Assembly: GCA_039744075.1 (NCBI GenBank)
Contig: JBCJUC010000004.1
Span: 16,629 to 80,628, forward strand
Origin: Solirubrobacteraceae bacterium
GTDB taxonomy: Bacteria; Actinomycetota; Thermoleophilia; Solirubrobacterales; Solirubrobacteraceae
Direction: 5' to 3'
Length of the DNA: 64,000 bases
Shown here: piece by piece, positions 1-8,245 of the stretch
How the letters are laid out: the number at the start of each line of letters is the position of its first letter
Numbering within the stretch: the stretch's first letter is position 1
Made by a program: the position numbers and the translations under genes
Notes under the pieces: model-generated
Told to the model about the DNA's origin: nothing
The model's input: only the letters and a program-made list of their open reading frames with translations
Databases searched by the model: none

Positions 1-288
1 GACAAAGCGCATCGCCATCCTGTCGGCTGGGCCGTCGGTCGCCATCTGCGCCGTAAAGCTCGCCGAGCGGTCAGCGGTCAGGCTTCGCTGGCAGCCATCG
101 ATCTTTACCGAAGCGGTCCGCCGCGCTGCGACGGTGGCCAACGGTGAGCCTGTCGACAGCGGCGTTAGCGTCTGAGCGCCGCCGGCCGGAACGCTTGCGG
201 CGCCAGCTGAAAGCGGCGCCGCAAGGGCGAGAGCAGCGACAGCTGCGGCGGCGCGACAAGTTGCCTTCAGTAGATCCATACGACTCAT
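1..288 (-). CDS. secreted protein, partial (3' end runs off the window)
   Basis: Absent from the supplied ORF track. ATG at 288-286 opens a frame with no stop down to base 1. It starts MSRMDLLKATCRAAAAVAALALAAPLSAGAAS, which looks like a signal peptide. GC3 is good. I prefer it to the Arg-rich 71..307 ORF. Confidence 0.4.
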   Translation of the reverse strand, partial: MSRMDLLKATCRAAAAVAALALAAPLSAGAASVPAGGAQTLTPLSTGSPLATVAARRTASVKIDGCQRSLTADRSASFTAQMATDGPADRMAMRFV

Positions 289-345
289 TAACACCCCGTA
301 GGCGCAATCGTTGCGGTGTTCGGCTGATTGCGGTGCTCGGCGCAA

Positions 346-2079
346 TCAGGTCAGCTGATAGAGCGGCCCGTCGCCGCCCTCAGGCACTGTAAGCCGCCCT
401 CCCTTGGCGGTGATCGCGCCGCATTGCACGCAGTTTGTGTAGTTGACGATCACGTCGACCGGCCCTTCCTCGGGCGCATCGTCAGGGATCTCATAGACCC
501 CGGCCGGGCACATCCACTTCCAGGTCTCGGCCAGCTCCCGCGGCACGTGGGTCTGCACGCGAATGTGGTTTGGCGCATCATCGCGCGTCTGGTTGCCGGT
601 AATGAAGACGCTGGAGAGCTTGTCAAAGGTGTACTTGCCGTCCGGCTTGACGTAGCTCTCGGAGCTCTTGCCGATGAACATCGGCTGCGCGTCGCTGCGA
701 TGCAGCGACCAGCGCCCGGCCGGGAAGCGACCCTTCGTCGCAATCATCAGATTGACGAGCAGACCGCCCTTGATCAGACCCATGGCAAAAGGCTGGCGTA
801 CGTTGCGTACCTGATAAAGCTCCTTGCCGACGACCGACTCTTCAATCGCAGCTTCGTAGTTTGCAAGCGCTTCGCCGCGCGCGAGGTTGGCGTAGATCGC
901 CTCGGCGGCGATGATCCCGGCCTCGATCGAATAGTTGAGGCCCTTCAGCGCCGCCGCGTTGACCATTCCGCCGGCGTCGCCAACGATGACTGCGCCGGGC
1001 ATTGAGAGCTTCGGCATTGCCCAGTAGCCGCCGGCCGGAATCGCCTTCGCTCCCCAGGCAACGCGCTCGCCGCCCTCGAGAATCTTCTTCACCATCGGGT
1101 GAGTCTTGAAGGTCTGCAGCAGGTCGTGGGCCGAGGTCGTCGCATCGGCATAGTCGAGGTCGATCACGAAGCCGATCGAGACGAGGTCGTCGCCGGTCTT
1201 CTCGTCCTTCATCGGGTAGATCCACGAACCACCAATCTGGTGGTACTTGGCGGAGATCTTCAGCGGCCAGCCGGCGACCGTGTGGATTACGCGGTCGAGC
1301 GGCTTGTTGACCTTCCAGACCTCCTTGACGCCGAGCTCCCAGACCATCGGCTCGCGGCCCTCGCCAAGCTCAAATTCGCGGATTGCGGCGCCGGTCAAGC
1401 TGCCCCAGCAACCTTCAGAGAGGACCGTCACCTGAGCGGTCACGTCGGCGCCTGGCTCAAAGTTGCCTAGCGGTTCGCCCTGCTTGCCGCGACCTTTGTC
1501 GCCGGAGCGAATGCCGCGCACAACGCCGTCCTCAACCAGTAGCTGGCTAGCGGCGGTCTCGGTTAGCAGGTAGGCGCCCTTCTGCTCAGCTTGGGCGGCC
1601 ATAAAGCGGCACATGCCGGCGACTGAGATTGATTCGTTGCCGTGGTTCTTCAGCGGCGGCGGCGGCGGGATCCGCAGCTTCGTCTTGCCGTTTGGCAGCA
1701 GGTAGACGGCTTCCTTCTTGATCTCGCCGAAGGCAAAGCCTTGCTCACGCCACTGCTCGCGGCTGACGTCCGGGAACAGCTTCTCCAGCGCCTCGGGCCG
1801 CATCACTGCGCCCGACAGGTTGTGAGCGCCGCAGCTCTTTGCCTTTTCGACGACGGCGACGGGCACCTCGCCGAGCCGCTCCAGCGTCTCGGGGTCGTCG
1901 GCTAGCAGATCCAGCAGGCGATTGGCACAGGCCAGCCCGGCCGTGCCACCGCCGATGATCGCAACACCAACGTCGATCCGCTGATCCTCGGCGTCGAGCT
2001 GACGCTTGATGAACTCCTCGGGCGAGTTGACCGGCGGCGGGTAGGACCCAGGAACGACCTTTCCGTTAGCGCCGGCCAC
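346..2079 (-). CDS. electron-transfer flavoprotein:quinone oxidoreductase (ETF-QO, FixC-like with C-terminal 4Fe-4S domain)
   Basis: FAD fold VAIIGGGTAGLACA. C-terminal ETF-QO ferredoxin-like region CPAGVYEI...NCVQCGAITAKG. Sits directly downstream of etfBA. Confidence 0.9.
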   Translation of the reverse strand: MAGANGKVVPGSYPPPVNSPEEFIKRQLDAEDQRIDVGVAIIGGGTAGLACANRLLDLLADDPETLERLGEVPVAVVEKAKSCGAHNLSGAVMRPEALEKLFPDVSREQWREQGFAFGEIKKEAVYLLPNGKTKLRIPPPPPLKNHGNESISVAGMCRFMAAQAEQKGAYLLTETAASQLLVEDGVVRGIRSGDKGRGKQGEPLGNFEPGADVTAQVTVLSEGCWGSLTGAAIREFELGEGREPMVWELGVKEVWKVNKPLDRVIHTVAGWPLKISAKYHQIGGSWIYPMKDEKTGDDLVSIGFVIDLDYADATTSAHDLLQTFKTHPMVKKILEGGERVAWGAKAIPAGGYWAMPKLSMPGAVIVGDAGGMVNAAALKGLNYSIEAGIIAAEAIYANLARGEALANYEAAIEESVVGKELYQVRNVRQPFAMGLIKGGLLVNLMIATKGRFPAGRWSLHRSDAQPMFIGKSSESYVKPDGKYTFDKLSSVFITGNQTRDDAPNHIRVQTHVPRELAETWKWMCPAGVYEIPDDAPEEGPVDVIVNYTNCVQCGAITAKGGRLTVPEGGDGPLYQLT

Positions 2080-2084
2080 CGTGA

Positions 2085-3062
2085 TCAGCTGGCTTTCTTG
2101 GCCTTCACGGCTGCGGTCAACTTCGGCATGATCTTGTTCAGATCGCCGACGATTCCGAGGTCGCTGAACTCGAAGATCGGGGCGTTCGCATCCTTGTTAA
2201 TCGCAACGATGTTCTCGGCGCCCTGCATGCCGACCTTGTGCTGGATCGCGCCGGAGATGCCGGCCGCCAGGTAGAGCTTCGGCGCTACCGTCTTACCGGT
2301 CTGGCCAATCTGCCCGGCGTAAGGGAACCAGCCAGCGTCGACGACGGCGCGCGTCGCGGCGACGGCTGAATTGCCCCCGAACGCCGCCGCAAGATCCTCG
2401 CACAGCTGGAAGCCTTCCTCAGCGCCAAGACCACGGCCACCGGCGATCAGAATGTCGGCACTCTCAATGTCGACATCGGCGCCGCGCTGCTCACCGCGGC
2501 TGACCATCGTTGCCTGGCCCGAGAAGGGCGAGAACTCAACGCTGAGATCTTCAACGGCGGCGCTGCCACCGGTCTCCTTCAGTTCGAAGGCGTTCAGCCG
2601 GCCGATGATGATGCCGACGTCGCTGCGGAACGAGATCTGTGAGATTGCCGAATCGCCAAGGATCGGACGCTCAGCGACCAGCTTGCCGCCTTCAGCGCGG
2701 ATCGCCGTGATCTCCATTGCCACACCGGCGCCGAGGCGTGCGGCAAGGCCGGCACCGACCTCAAAGCCGAGCAGGCCACCGCCAAACAGCGCGTAGCTGT
2801 AATCGCCGCCGCTGATCGCTGTCGCCATCGCGTCGACAACCGGCTGTGCGAGCCCTTCGGGGCCGCTGACGCGCAGCACCTTCGCGGCGCCGTAATTGCC
2901 AAGCGTTGCCGCCAGCTCGTCGCTGACCGATTCGCCCAGCACGATTGCGTGTGCCTCGCCACCGAGCTCGGTCGCCAGCTTTGTGGCCTCCGATACGGCG
3001 CCGAGTGAGTTCTTGTTAAAGGCGCCCTCGTAGTGCAGCGCGTAAACCAGAATGTTGGCCAT
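2085..3062 (-). CDS. etfA: electron transfer flavoprotein alpha subunit
   Basis: C-terminal FAD-binding region ILIAGGRGLG...PKLYLAAGISGAIQHKVGMQ. Abuts etfB. Confidence 0.93.
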   Translation of the reverse strand: MANILVYALHYEGAFNKNSLGAVSEATKLATELGGEAHAIVLGESVSDELAATLGNYGAAKVLRVSGPEGLAQPVVDAMATAISGGDYSYALFGGGLLGFEVGAGLAARLGAGVAMEITAIRAEGGKLVAERPILGDSAISQISFRSDVGIIIGRLNAFELKETGGSAAVEDLSVEFSPFSGQATMVSRGEQRGADVDIESADILIAGGRGLGAEEGFQLCEDLAAAFGGNSAVAATRAVVDAGWFPYAGQIGQTGKTVAPKLYLAAGISGAIQHKVGMQGAENIVAINKDANAPIFEFSDLGIVGDLNKIMPKLTAAVKAKKAS

Positions 3063-3857
3063 TTAGATCAGCTTTCTCTCGTCGAGCCAGGCGACGATCT
3101 GCGCGACCGTCTCGGCTGTGTCTTCATCCTCGATAATCCTGCCTGCTTCCTTCTTTGGCGGCTCGCTTGAGCCGGTCCACTGGGCTGCAGAGTGCTCGCC
3201 GCCGACCATCGTGACGTCAATTCCGGCGTCGCTGGCGGTGAGCTTCTCGTGCGGCTTCTTCTTGGCACCCATGATCGCCTTCAGCGATGGATAGCGCGGC
3301 TCGTTGATCGCGTCGCCGACCGAGATAACGGCCGGCAGGTTGATCTCCACCGTGTCGTAGCCGTACTCGGCCTGTCGCTCGGCCCGCAGCTTTGTGCCAC
3401 CGTCAACGTCAATCTTGATCACCTGTGTCAACGACGGAAACTTCAGGTGGTCGGCGACAACGGCGCCGATCGTGTAGCACTCACCGTCATCGGACTGCTG
3501 ACCGAGCAGCACGAGGTCGGGGGCTTCCTTTTCGAGCACCTTCGCGAGCGCGTAGCCGGTCGCCGCAACGTCGGAGCCGGCCAGCGCGTCGTCAGCTAGA
3601 TGGATTGAGCGGTCGGCGCCGAGCGAGACGGCCTTGTGCAGCGCCCGCTCAGCTGAGTCGGGGCCCATTGTGACGGCAACGACCTCATCAACCGCCAACG
3701 CGCCGCTCTCTTTCAGCTGCATCGCAGCTTCGATCGCGTGCGTGTCATATGGGTTGAGGTTCTTCTCGCCGCTGCGATCCATTCGACCTGTTGACGGGTC
3801 GATCTTTTTCTGGACGGCAGCGTCCGGAACTTCCTTAACTAGTACGCAGATTTTCAC
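3063..3857 (-). CDS. etfB: electron transfer flavoprotein beta subunit
   Basis: MKICVLVKEVPD...NPYDTHAIEAA is typical EtfB. GTG start at 3857 with AGGAG 8 nt upstream. Confidence 0.93.
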   Translation of the reverse strand: MKICVLVKEVPDAAVQKKIDPSTGRMDRSGEKNLNPYDTHAIEAAMQLKESGALAVDEVVAVTMGPDSAERALHKAVSLGADRSIHLADDALAGSDVAATGYALAKVLEKEAPDLVLLGQQSDDGECYTIGAVVADHLKFPSLTQVIKIDVDGGTKLRAERQAEYGYDTVEINLPAVISVGDAINEPRYPSLKAIMGAKKKPHEKLTASDAGIDVTMVGGEHSAAQWTGSSEPPKKEAGRIIEDEDTAETVAQIVAWLDERKLI

Positions 3858-3903
3858 TTCGTATCTCCTGTTTAGCTCTGTTTGAAATTGTACCGAGAGG
3901 GTT

Positions 3904-3919
3904 GACTGACTAGTCAGTC
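3904..3919. promoter_or_regulatory. perfect 16-bp palindrome GACTGACTAGTCAGTC, candidate operator of the etfBA/ETF-QO operon
   Basis: Arms 3904-3911 and 3912-3919 are exact reverse complements. It lies 47-62 nt upstream of the etfB start and overlaps a -35-like position relative to a TACAAT box on the minus strand. Confidence 0.45.
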
Positions 3920-3938
3920 GGCTACCGGCGCAGGCGAC

Positions 3939-4361
3939 TTAACGAGGCTCTCTGTCCCCTACGGCGCCAACCAGAAAGTCGATGATCTCCTGCGTCGGAG
4001 CGCCCGGCGTGAAGACGGCGGCGACGCCAAGTTTCTTCAGCTCCGGGATATCATCGGCCGGGATTGTGCCGCCGACCGTAACGACGACATCGTTGATCCC
4101 CTGCGCCTCAAGCAACTTAACGATCTTCGGCACCAGCGTCATGTGTGCGCCGGAGAGGATTGACAGGCCAACGGCATCGGCGTCCTCTTGGACGACGGTC
4201 TCGACGATCTGCTCGGGTGTCTGATGCAGGCCGGTGTAGATCACTTCCATGCCGGCGTCGCGCAGCGCGCGGGCGATGATCTTGGCGCCGCGGTCGTGGC
4301 CGTCAAGCCCAGGCTTGGCGACGACGACGCGAATCTTCTGTGTGGTTGTGGCGGCAGACAT
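3939..4361 (-). CDS. icmB: acyl-CoA mutase small subunit, B12-binding domain (isobutyryl-CoA mutase IcmB-like)
   Basis: Cobalamin-binding motif KPGLDGHDRGAKIIARAL...GLSILSGAH...VTVGGTIP. Start trimmed to MSAATTTQKIRVVV (ATG 4361). Confidence 0.85.
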   Translation of the reverse strand: MSAATTTQKIRVVVAKPGLDGHDRGAKIIARALRDAGMEVIYTGLHQTPEQIVETVVQEDADAVGLSILSGAHMTLVPKIVKLLEAQGINDVVVTVGGTIPADDIPELKKLGVAAVFTPGAPTQEIIDFLVGAVGDREPR

Positions 4362-4444
4362 TGAAAGCTCGGCGCGCCATGGCGCGCGCACCTCGCGATG
4401 GTAGTAGACCGGCGCCGTTCGGCGCAGGTCGGCTGGGCGAAGAC

Positions 4445-4780
4445 TCAGCGAACGGTGACGTGTAAAGCCATGCCGCGGTGGATCGTGCAGAGGTAGCTGC
4501 CGGAGCGTGAGGCACGGACCGAAACCGAGCCAGAGCGACGCGCACCGAAGTTTGCACCCCGGCCGATGAGGTTATGCGGAAGCCTGCCGCGCCAGACAAA
4601 GCGCAGCGTCGTGCCGCGCGAAACGGTGATCCGTTTCGGGCTGAAGACGGAGTCACGCACCGTGATCGTCTTCGTCGCAGCGGCGTGCGAGCCGCCTGCG
4701 GCGCCAGCAACTGCGCTGCCAGTAGCGGCTGCCAGCAGCAGCGAGGCGGTTACGGCGGTCATCAGAATTTTGCGACTCAT
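4445..4780 (-). CDS. secreted cupredoxin-fold (blue-copper-like) protein
   Basis: Signal peptide MSRKILMTAVTASLLLAAATGSAVA. About 80-aa beta-rich domain with putative type-1 Cu ligands His (LPHNL) and C-x2-H-x2-M (YLCTIHRGM). Confidence 0.6.
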   Translation of the reverse strand: MSRKILMTAVTASLLLAAATGSAVAGAAGGSHAAATKTITVRDSVFSPKRITVSRGTTLRFVWRGRLPHNLIGRGANFGARRSGSVSVRASRSGSYLCTIHRGMALHVTVR

Positions 4781-4797
4781 TGATAAATCTTCCTGTT

Positions 4798-6489
4798 TCA
4801 GAACACTGGTGATTCGGTGTAGCTACCAAACACGTCTTGTAAGGCTTGCACAATCTCCCCTTCGCTTGCGTAGGTTCGGGTGCAGTCGATCAGCAGCGGC
4901 ATCAAGTTTGCCCGCGGCTGCGCCGCAGCCGCGCGCAGCGCGGTCAGCGACGCCTCGACCGCTGCGCTGTCGCGGCGCGCACGAACTGCGCTGAGCCGGT
5001 CGATCTGCTCACGCTCGGTCGCCGGGTCGACGCGATGCAGCGGCGTTGGCTCGCCATCGCCCTCGGTGAAAGCATTAACGCCGACGACAACCCTGCGGCC
5101 GGAGTCAATCTCCTGCTGCAACTGGTAGCTGGCGTCAGCGATCTCACGCTGCGGATAGTTGGCCTTGACGGCGGCAACCATCCCGCCCAACTGATCGATC
5201 TTCTCAAAATAGGCGTAAGCCTCAGCCTCAATTCGGTCGGTCAGCGCCTCAACGAAGTAGGAACCGCCGAGCGGGTCAATTGTGCTGGCAACACCGGTCT
5301 CATGAGCAATAATCTGCTGCGTGCGCAAGGCCAGCCGTACGGCATCCTCGGTCGGCAGTGCCAGCGCCTCGTCGTAGCTATTGGTGTGCAGCGACTGAGT
5401 GCCACCAAGAACGCCGGCGAGCGCCTCAATCGCCGTTCGTACAACGTTATTCAGCGGCTGCTGCGCGGTTAGCGAAACACCAGCCGTCTGCGTGTGGAAG
5501 CGCATCAACCAACTCTTTGGATCCTTCGCGCCAAAGGTCTCCTTCAGCTCACGTGCCCAAATCCGCCGCGCCGCACGGTACTTCGCTATCTCCTCAAAGA
5601 AGTCAATCTGGGCATTGAAAAAGAACGACAGTCGCGGCGCAAAGTCATCAACGTCAAGACCGCGCTCAACCGCCTGCTCAACGTAAGTGAGGCCATCTTT
5701 CAGCGTGAAGGCCAGTTCCTGCGCAGCGGTCGAGCCAGCCTCACGAATGTGGTAGCCGCTGATCGACACTGGATGCCAACGCGGCATCTGCTGCGAGCAC
5801 CACTCAATCATGTCACCCATCACGCGCATCGCCGGATCAATTGGGAAACACCACTCCTTCTGCGCGATGTACTCCTTCAAAATGTCGGCCTGAATCGTCC
5901 CCGCCAACTGCTCCGGCGGCACACCCTGACGCTCAGCTGCAACAACGTAATAGGCCATCATCACGGCGGCCGGCGCGTTGATCGTCATCGAAACCGAAAC
6001 CTCACCAAGATCAATCCCGGCGTACAACACCTCCATATCCTCCAGCGTGTCAACAGCAACCCCCTCGCGGCCAACCTCGCCGACCGACAACGCACTGTCG
6101 GAATCGTGCCCCATCAGCGACGGCATATCGAACGCCGTCGAAAGGCCAGTCTGACCATGATCAAGCAGGTAGTGGAAGCGCTCATTAGTCTGCTGCGCAC
6201 TACCAAAGCCAGCAAACTGGCGCATCGTCCAAAGACGACCACGATACATCGATGGATAAACACCACGCGTGAACGGAAACTGACCAGGCAAACCAATCGC
6301 CTGCGCCGCGTCATCCGGCAGATCGGCCTCAGTGTAAAGCGGCTCAACCGGGCTGCCAGAGAGCGTCGTAAACGGCACATCGCGCTCAGGTGTCGCCTCA
6401 AACAACTCACGCCACTGCGCGCCCAAACTACGGGAATCCTGTACTGCTGAAGCTGAATTGTCGGTCATCAGATTGTCGGATCGTTTCAT
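4798..6489 (-). CDS. icmA: acyl-CoA mutase large (catalytic) subunit with isobutyryl-CoA mutase signature
   Basis: Methylmalonyl-CoA-mutase-family TIM-barrel sequence along the full length. WTMRQFAGF has Phe where MCM has Tyr, and KEYIAQKEW has Gln where MCM has Arg. Size of about 560 aa matches IcmA. Confidence 0.85.
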   Translation of the reverse strand: MKRSDNLMTDNSASAVQDSRSLGAQWRELFEATPERDVPFTTLSGSPVEPLYTEADLPDDAAQAIGLPGQFPFTRGVYPSMYRGRLWTMRQFAGFGSAQQTNERFHYLLDHGQTGLSTAFDMPSLMGHDSDSALSVGEVGREGVAVDTLEDMEVLYAGIDLGEVSVSMTINAPAAVMMAYYVVAAERQGVPPEQLAGTIQADILKEYIAQKEWCFPIDPAMRVMGDMIEWCSQQMPRWHPVSISGYHIREAGSTAAQELAFTLKDGLTYVEQAVERGLDVDDFAPRLSFFFNAQIDFFEEIAKYRAARRIWARELKETFGAKDPKSWLMRFHTQTAGVSLTAQQPLNNVVRTAIEALAGVLGGTQSLHTNSYDEALALPTEDAVRLALRTQQIIAHETGVASTIDPLGGSYFVEALTDRIEAEAYAYFEKIDQLGGMVAAVKANYPQREIADASYQLQQEIDSGRRVVVGVNAFTEGDGEPTPLHRVDPATEREQIDRLSAVRARRDSAAVEASLTALRAAAAQPRANLMPLLIDCTRTYASEGEIVQALQDVFGSYTESPVF

Positions 6490-6534
6490 ATTCGCTAGGG
6501 TTAGTCAAACAGCACGACGTTAAGGAGCTCCAAG

Positions 6535-7440
6535 ATGTCAGATCCCTACCTTCCCCGCTTGGTCGGCATCGTCGGTGGTGGCTTCATGGGTTCGGGAATC
6601 GCCGAATGCACGGCTCGGGCAGGTGTCCCGACGATCATATTTGAACCATCGGAACGGGCGTTGGAGGCGTCTCGCTCACGGATCGAGGCCTCGACCGCGC
6701 ACGCCACCCGGACAGCCAAGCTGACCGCCGAGGCCGCCGCCGAACTTCTCGACCTGATCGTTTACACAACGGAGCTTGACGAGCTGCGCGAGGTCGAGAT
6801 CGCAGTCGAAGCGGTAACGGAAGACGCCGCGCTGAAAACCCGCCTGTTCGCCGAGCTCGACCAGATCCTGCCGGAAGGATCACTGCTCGCATCAAACACG
6901 TCGTCGATTCCGATCGCCGAGCTGGCCGCCGCGACAGCCCGGCCCGACCGCGTCGTGGGAATGCACTTCTTCTCTCCGGTACCGGTGATGAAGCTGGTCG
7001 AGATTGTCGTCGGGCTCGATACCTCCGAGGCGACCGCTGACCGCGCCTGTGCTATCGCCCAGGCAATCGGCAAGCAACCGATCAAGACCAAGGACCGCTC
7101 CGGTTTCATCGTCAACACGCTGCTCGTGCCGTACCTGATGGCTGCCGTCCGGATGTACGAGGAAGGCTTCGCCGGCCGCGAAGAGATCGATCAGGGAATG
7201 CGGATCGGTTGCGGTCACCCAATGGGACCACTTGCGTTGAGCGACCTGATCGGGCTCGACGTGCTCTACGCGATATGCGACTCGCTCTACGAGGAATTCA
7301 AGCGGCCAGAGTACGCGCCGCCACCGTTGCTCAAGCGAATGGTTGCGTCCGGGCGCCTCGGCCGAAAAACAGGGCGTGGCTTCTTCGACTACGCAAACGC
7401 TGCTGATGCTGAGGTGGTCGCGGCACGACGATCGGGCTGA
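6535..7440 (+). CDS. hbd: 3-hydroxybutyryl-CoA / 3-hydroxyacyl-CoA dehydrogenase
   Basis: NAD fold VGIVGGGFMGSGIA. NTSSIPI...HFFSPVPVMKLVEIV and C-terminal GPLALSDLIGLD are all typical of Hbd/FadB. Confidence 0.9.
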   Translation: MSDPYLPRLVGIVGGGFMGSGIAECTARAGVPTIIFEPSERALEASRSRIEASTAHATRTAKLTAEAAAELLDLIVYTTELDELREVEIAVEAVTEDAALKTRLFAELDQILPEGSLLASNTSSIPIAELAAATARPDRVVGMHFFSPVPVMKLVEIVVGLDTSEATADRACAIAQAIGKQPIKTKDRSGFIVNTLLVPYLMAAVRMYEEGFAGREEIDQGMRIGCGHPMGPLALSDLIGLDVLYAICDSLYEEFKRPEYAPPPLLKRMVASGRLGRKTGRGFFDYANAADAEVVAARRSG

Positions 7441-7476
7441 TCGCGGCGGCCCCGATACTCAGGCCGTTGTCATCGC

Positions 7477-7983
7477 TCAGGCCAAGAAGTCGCCGGCATC
7501 GAGGCGTAGCGAGCGGAGCGTCGAAACCAGCTGCTCAAGCTGGCTGCTAGTGAGGCCACCGACGCCAAACAAAGCCGCGTTTAGAACCTCCGTCGCCTGC
7601 TTCGCAACCTTCACTCCGGCCGGCGTGATCTCGGCAAGAATCGTGCGCCGATCCTGCTCGTGCGGCAGCCTTAGGACAAGCCCGGCCTGCTCGAGCCGGT
7701 CAATTACATTGGTGACGCTGGCGCGGTGAACCTGAAGTCGCTCGCCGATCTTTCCAAGCGGCAGCGATCCTCGGCGAGCGAAGAACAGCAGCATCAGCGC
7801 CTCATAGCGGGGGAACGTTAAGTCAAAGCCGGTCAGCGCCTCGTTCAGTCGCGCCATCAGAATCTGCTCTGCTCGCATGATCGACGTGACCGCCGCCATC
7901 GCCAAAGTTGCGTCGGAACTGAAGTTCAGGTCCCACTGGCGGGCGGCTTCGGCGATCGGATCGAACGGCAGTGGCTCGGGCAC
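7477..7983 (-). CDS. MarR family transcriptional regulator
   Basis: Winged-helix core LTFPRYEALMLLFF...GKIGERLQVHRASVTNVIDRLEQAGLV.R. GTG start. Confidence 0.85.
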   Translation of the reverse strand: MPEPLPFDPIAEAARQWDLNFSSDATLAMAAVTSIMRAEQILMARLNEALTGFDLTFPRYEALMLLFFARRGSLPLGKIGERLQVHRASVTNVIDRLEQAGLVLRLPHEQDRRTILAEITPAGVKVAKQATEVLNAALFGVGGLTSSQLEQLVSTLRSLRLDAGDFLA

Positions 7984-7997
7984 TTCTCTTAGCCTCG

Positions 7998-8014
7998 CTT
8001 ATCCGGCGGATAAG
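7998..8014. promoter_or_regulatory. 17-bp palindrome CTTATCCG-G-CGGATAAG, candidate MarR operator
   Basis: Exact 8-bp arms around one central base, 15-31 nt upstream of the marR start. The loop is too small for an RNA hairpin, so a protein-binding site is more likely. Confidence 0.45.
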
Positions 8015-8086
8015 ATCGCCGCCAGCCTCCCGCCGCTGTCGGTTCTGCCTGTCTGCGACACCAGACCGCCGGTATAGGGTTCGCGT

Positions 8087-8245
8087 ATGACTGAGGAGCG
8101 GTTCCGGCTTCAGGCAAAGTTGCCTGGAGTGCCACTTGTCGTGAGCGCTTCGGCGTTCTCGCTGGCGATCCTGACAAAGACAACAGTCAACGTCGCTCTG
8201 CCCCAGATCGGGCGCGACCTTGGCAGCGGCGGCGAGCTGGCGTTT
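8087..8245 (+). pseudogene. N-terminal remnant of an MFS (EmrB/QacA, DHA2-type) efflux transporter
   Basis: Divergent from marR. Encodes LVVSASAFSLAILTKTTVNVALPQIGRDLGSGG, matching the DHA2 TM1 motif (LD.TIVNVALP.I..DLG). After about 50 codons the frame runs antisense into the ACAD gene and loses all transporter character. Confidence 0.4.

Noticed and set aside
71-307. 78-aa minus-strand ORF from the track
   Set aside because: The translation is Arg/Ser-rich and unprotein-like. A different minus frame (ATG 288, open to base 1) gives a convincing signal peptide and better codon bias.
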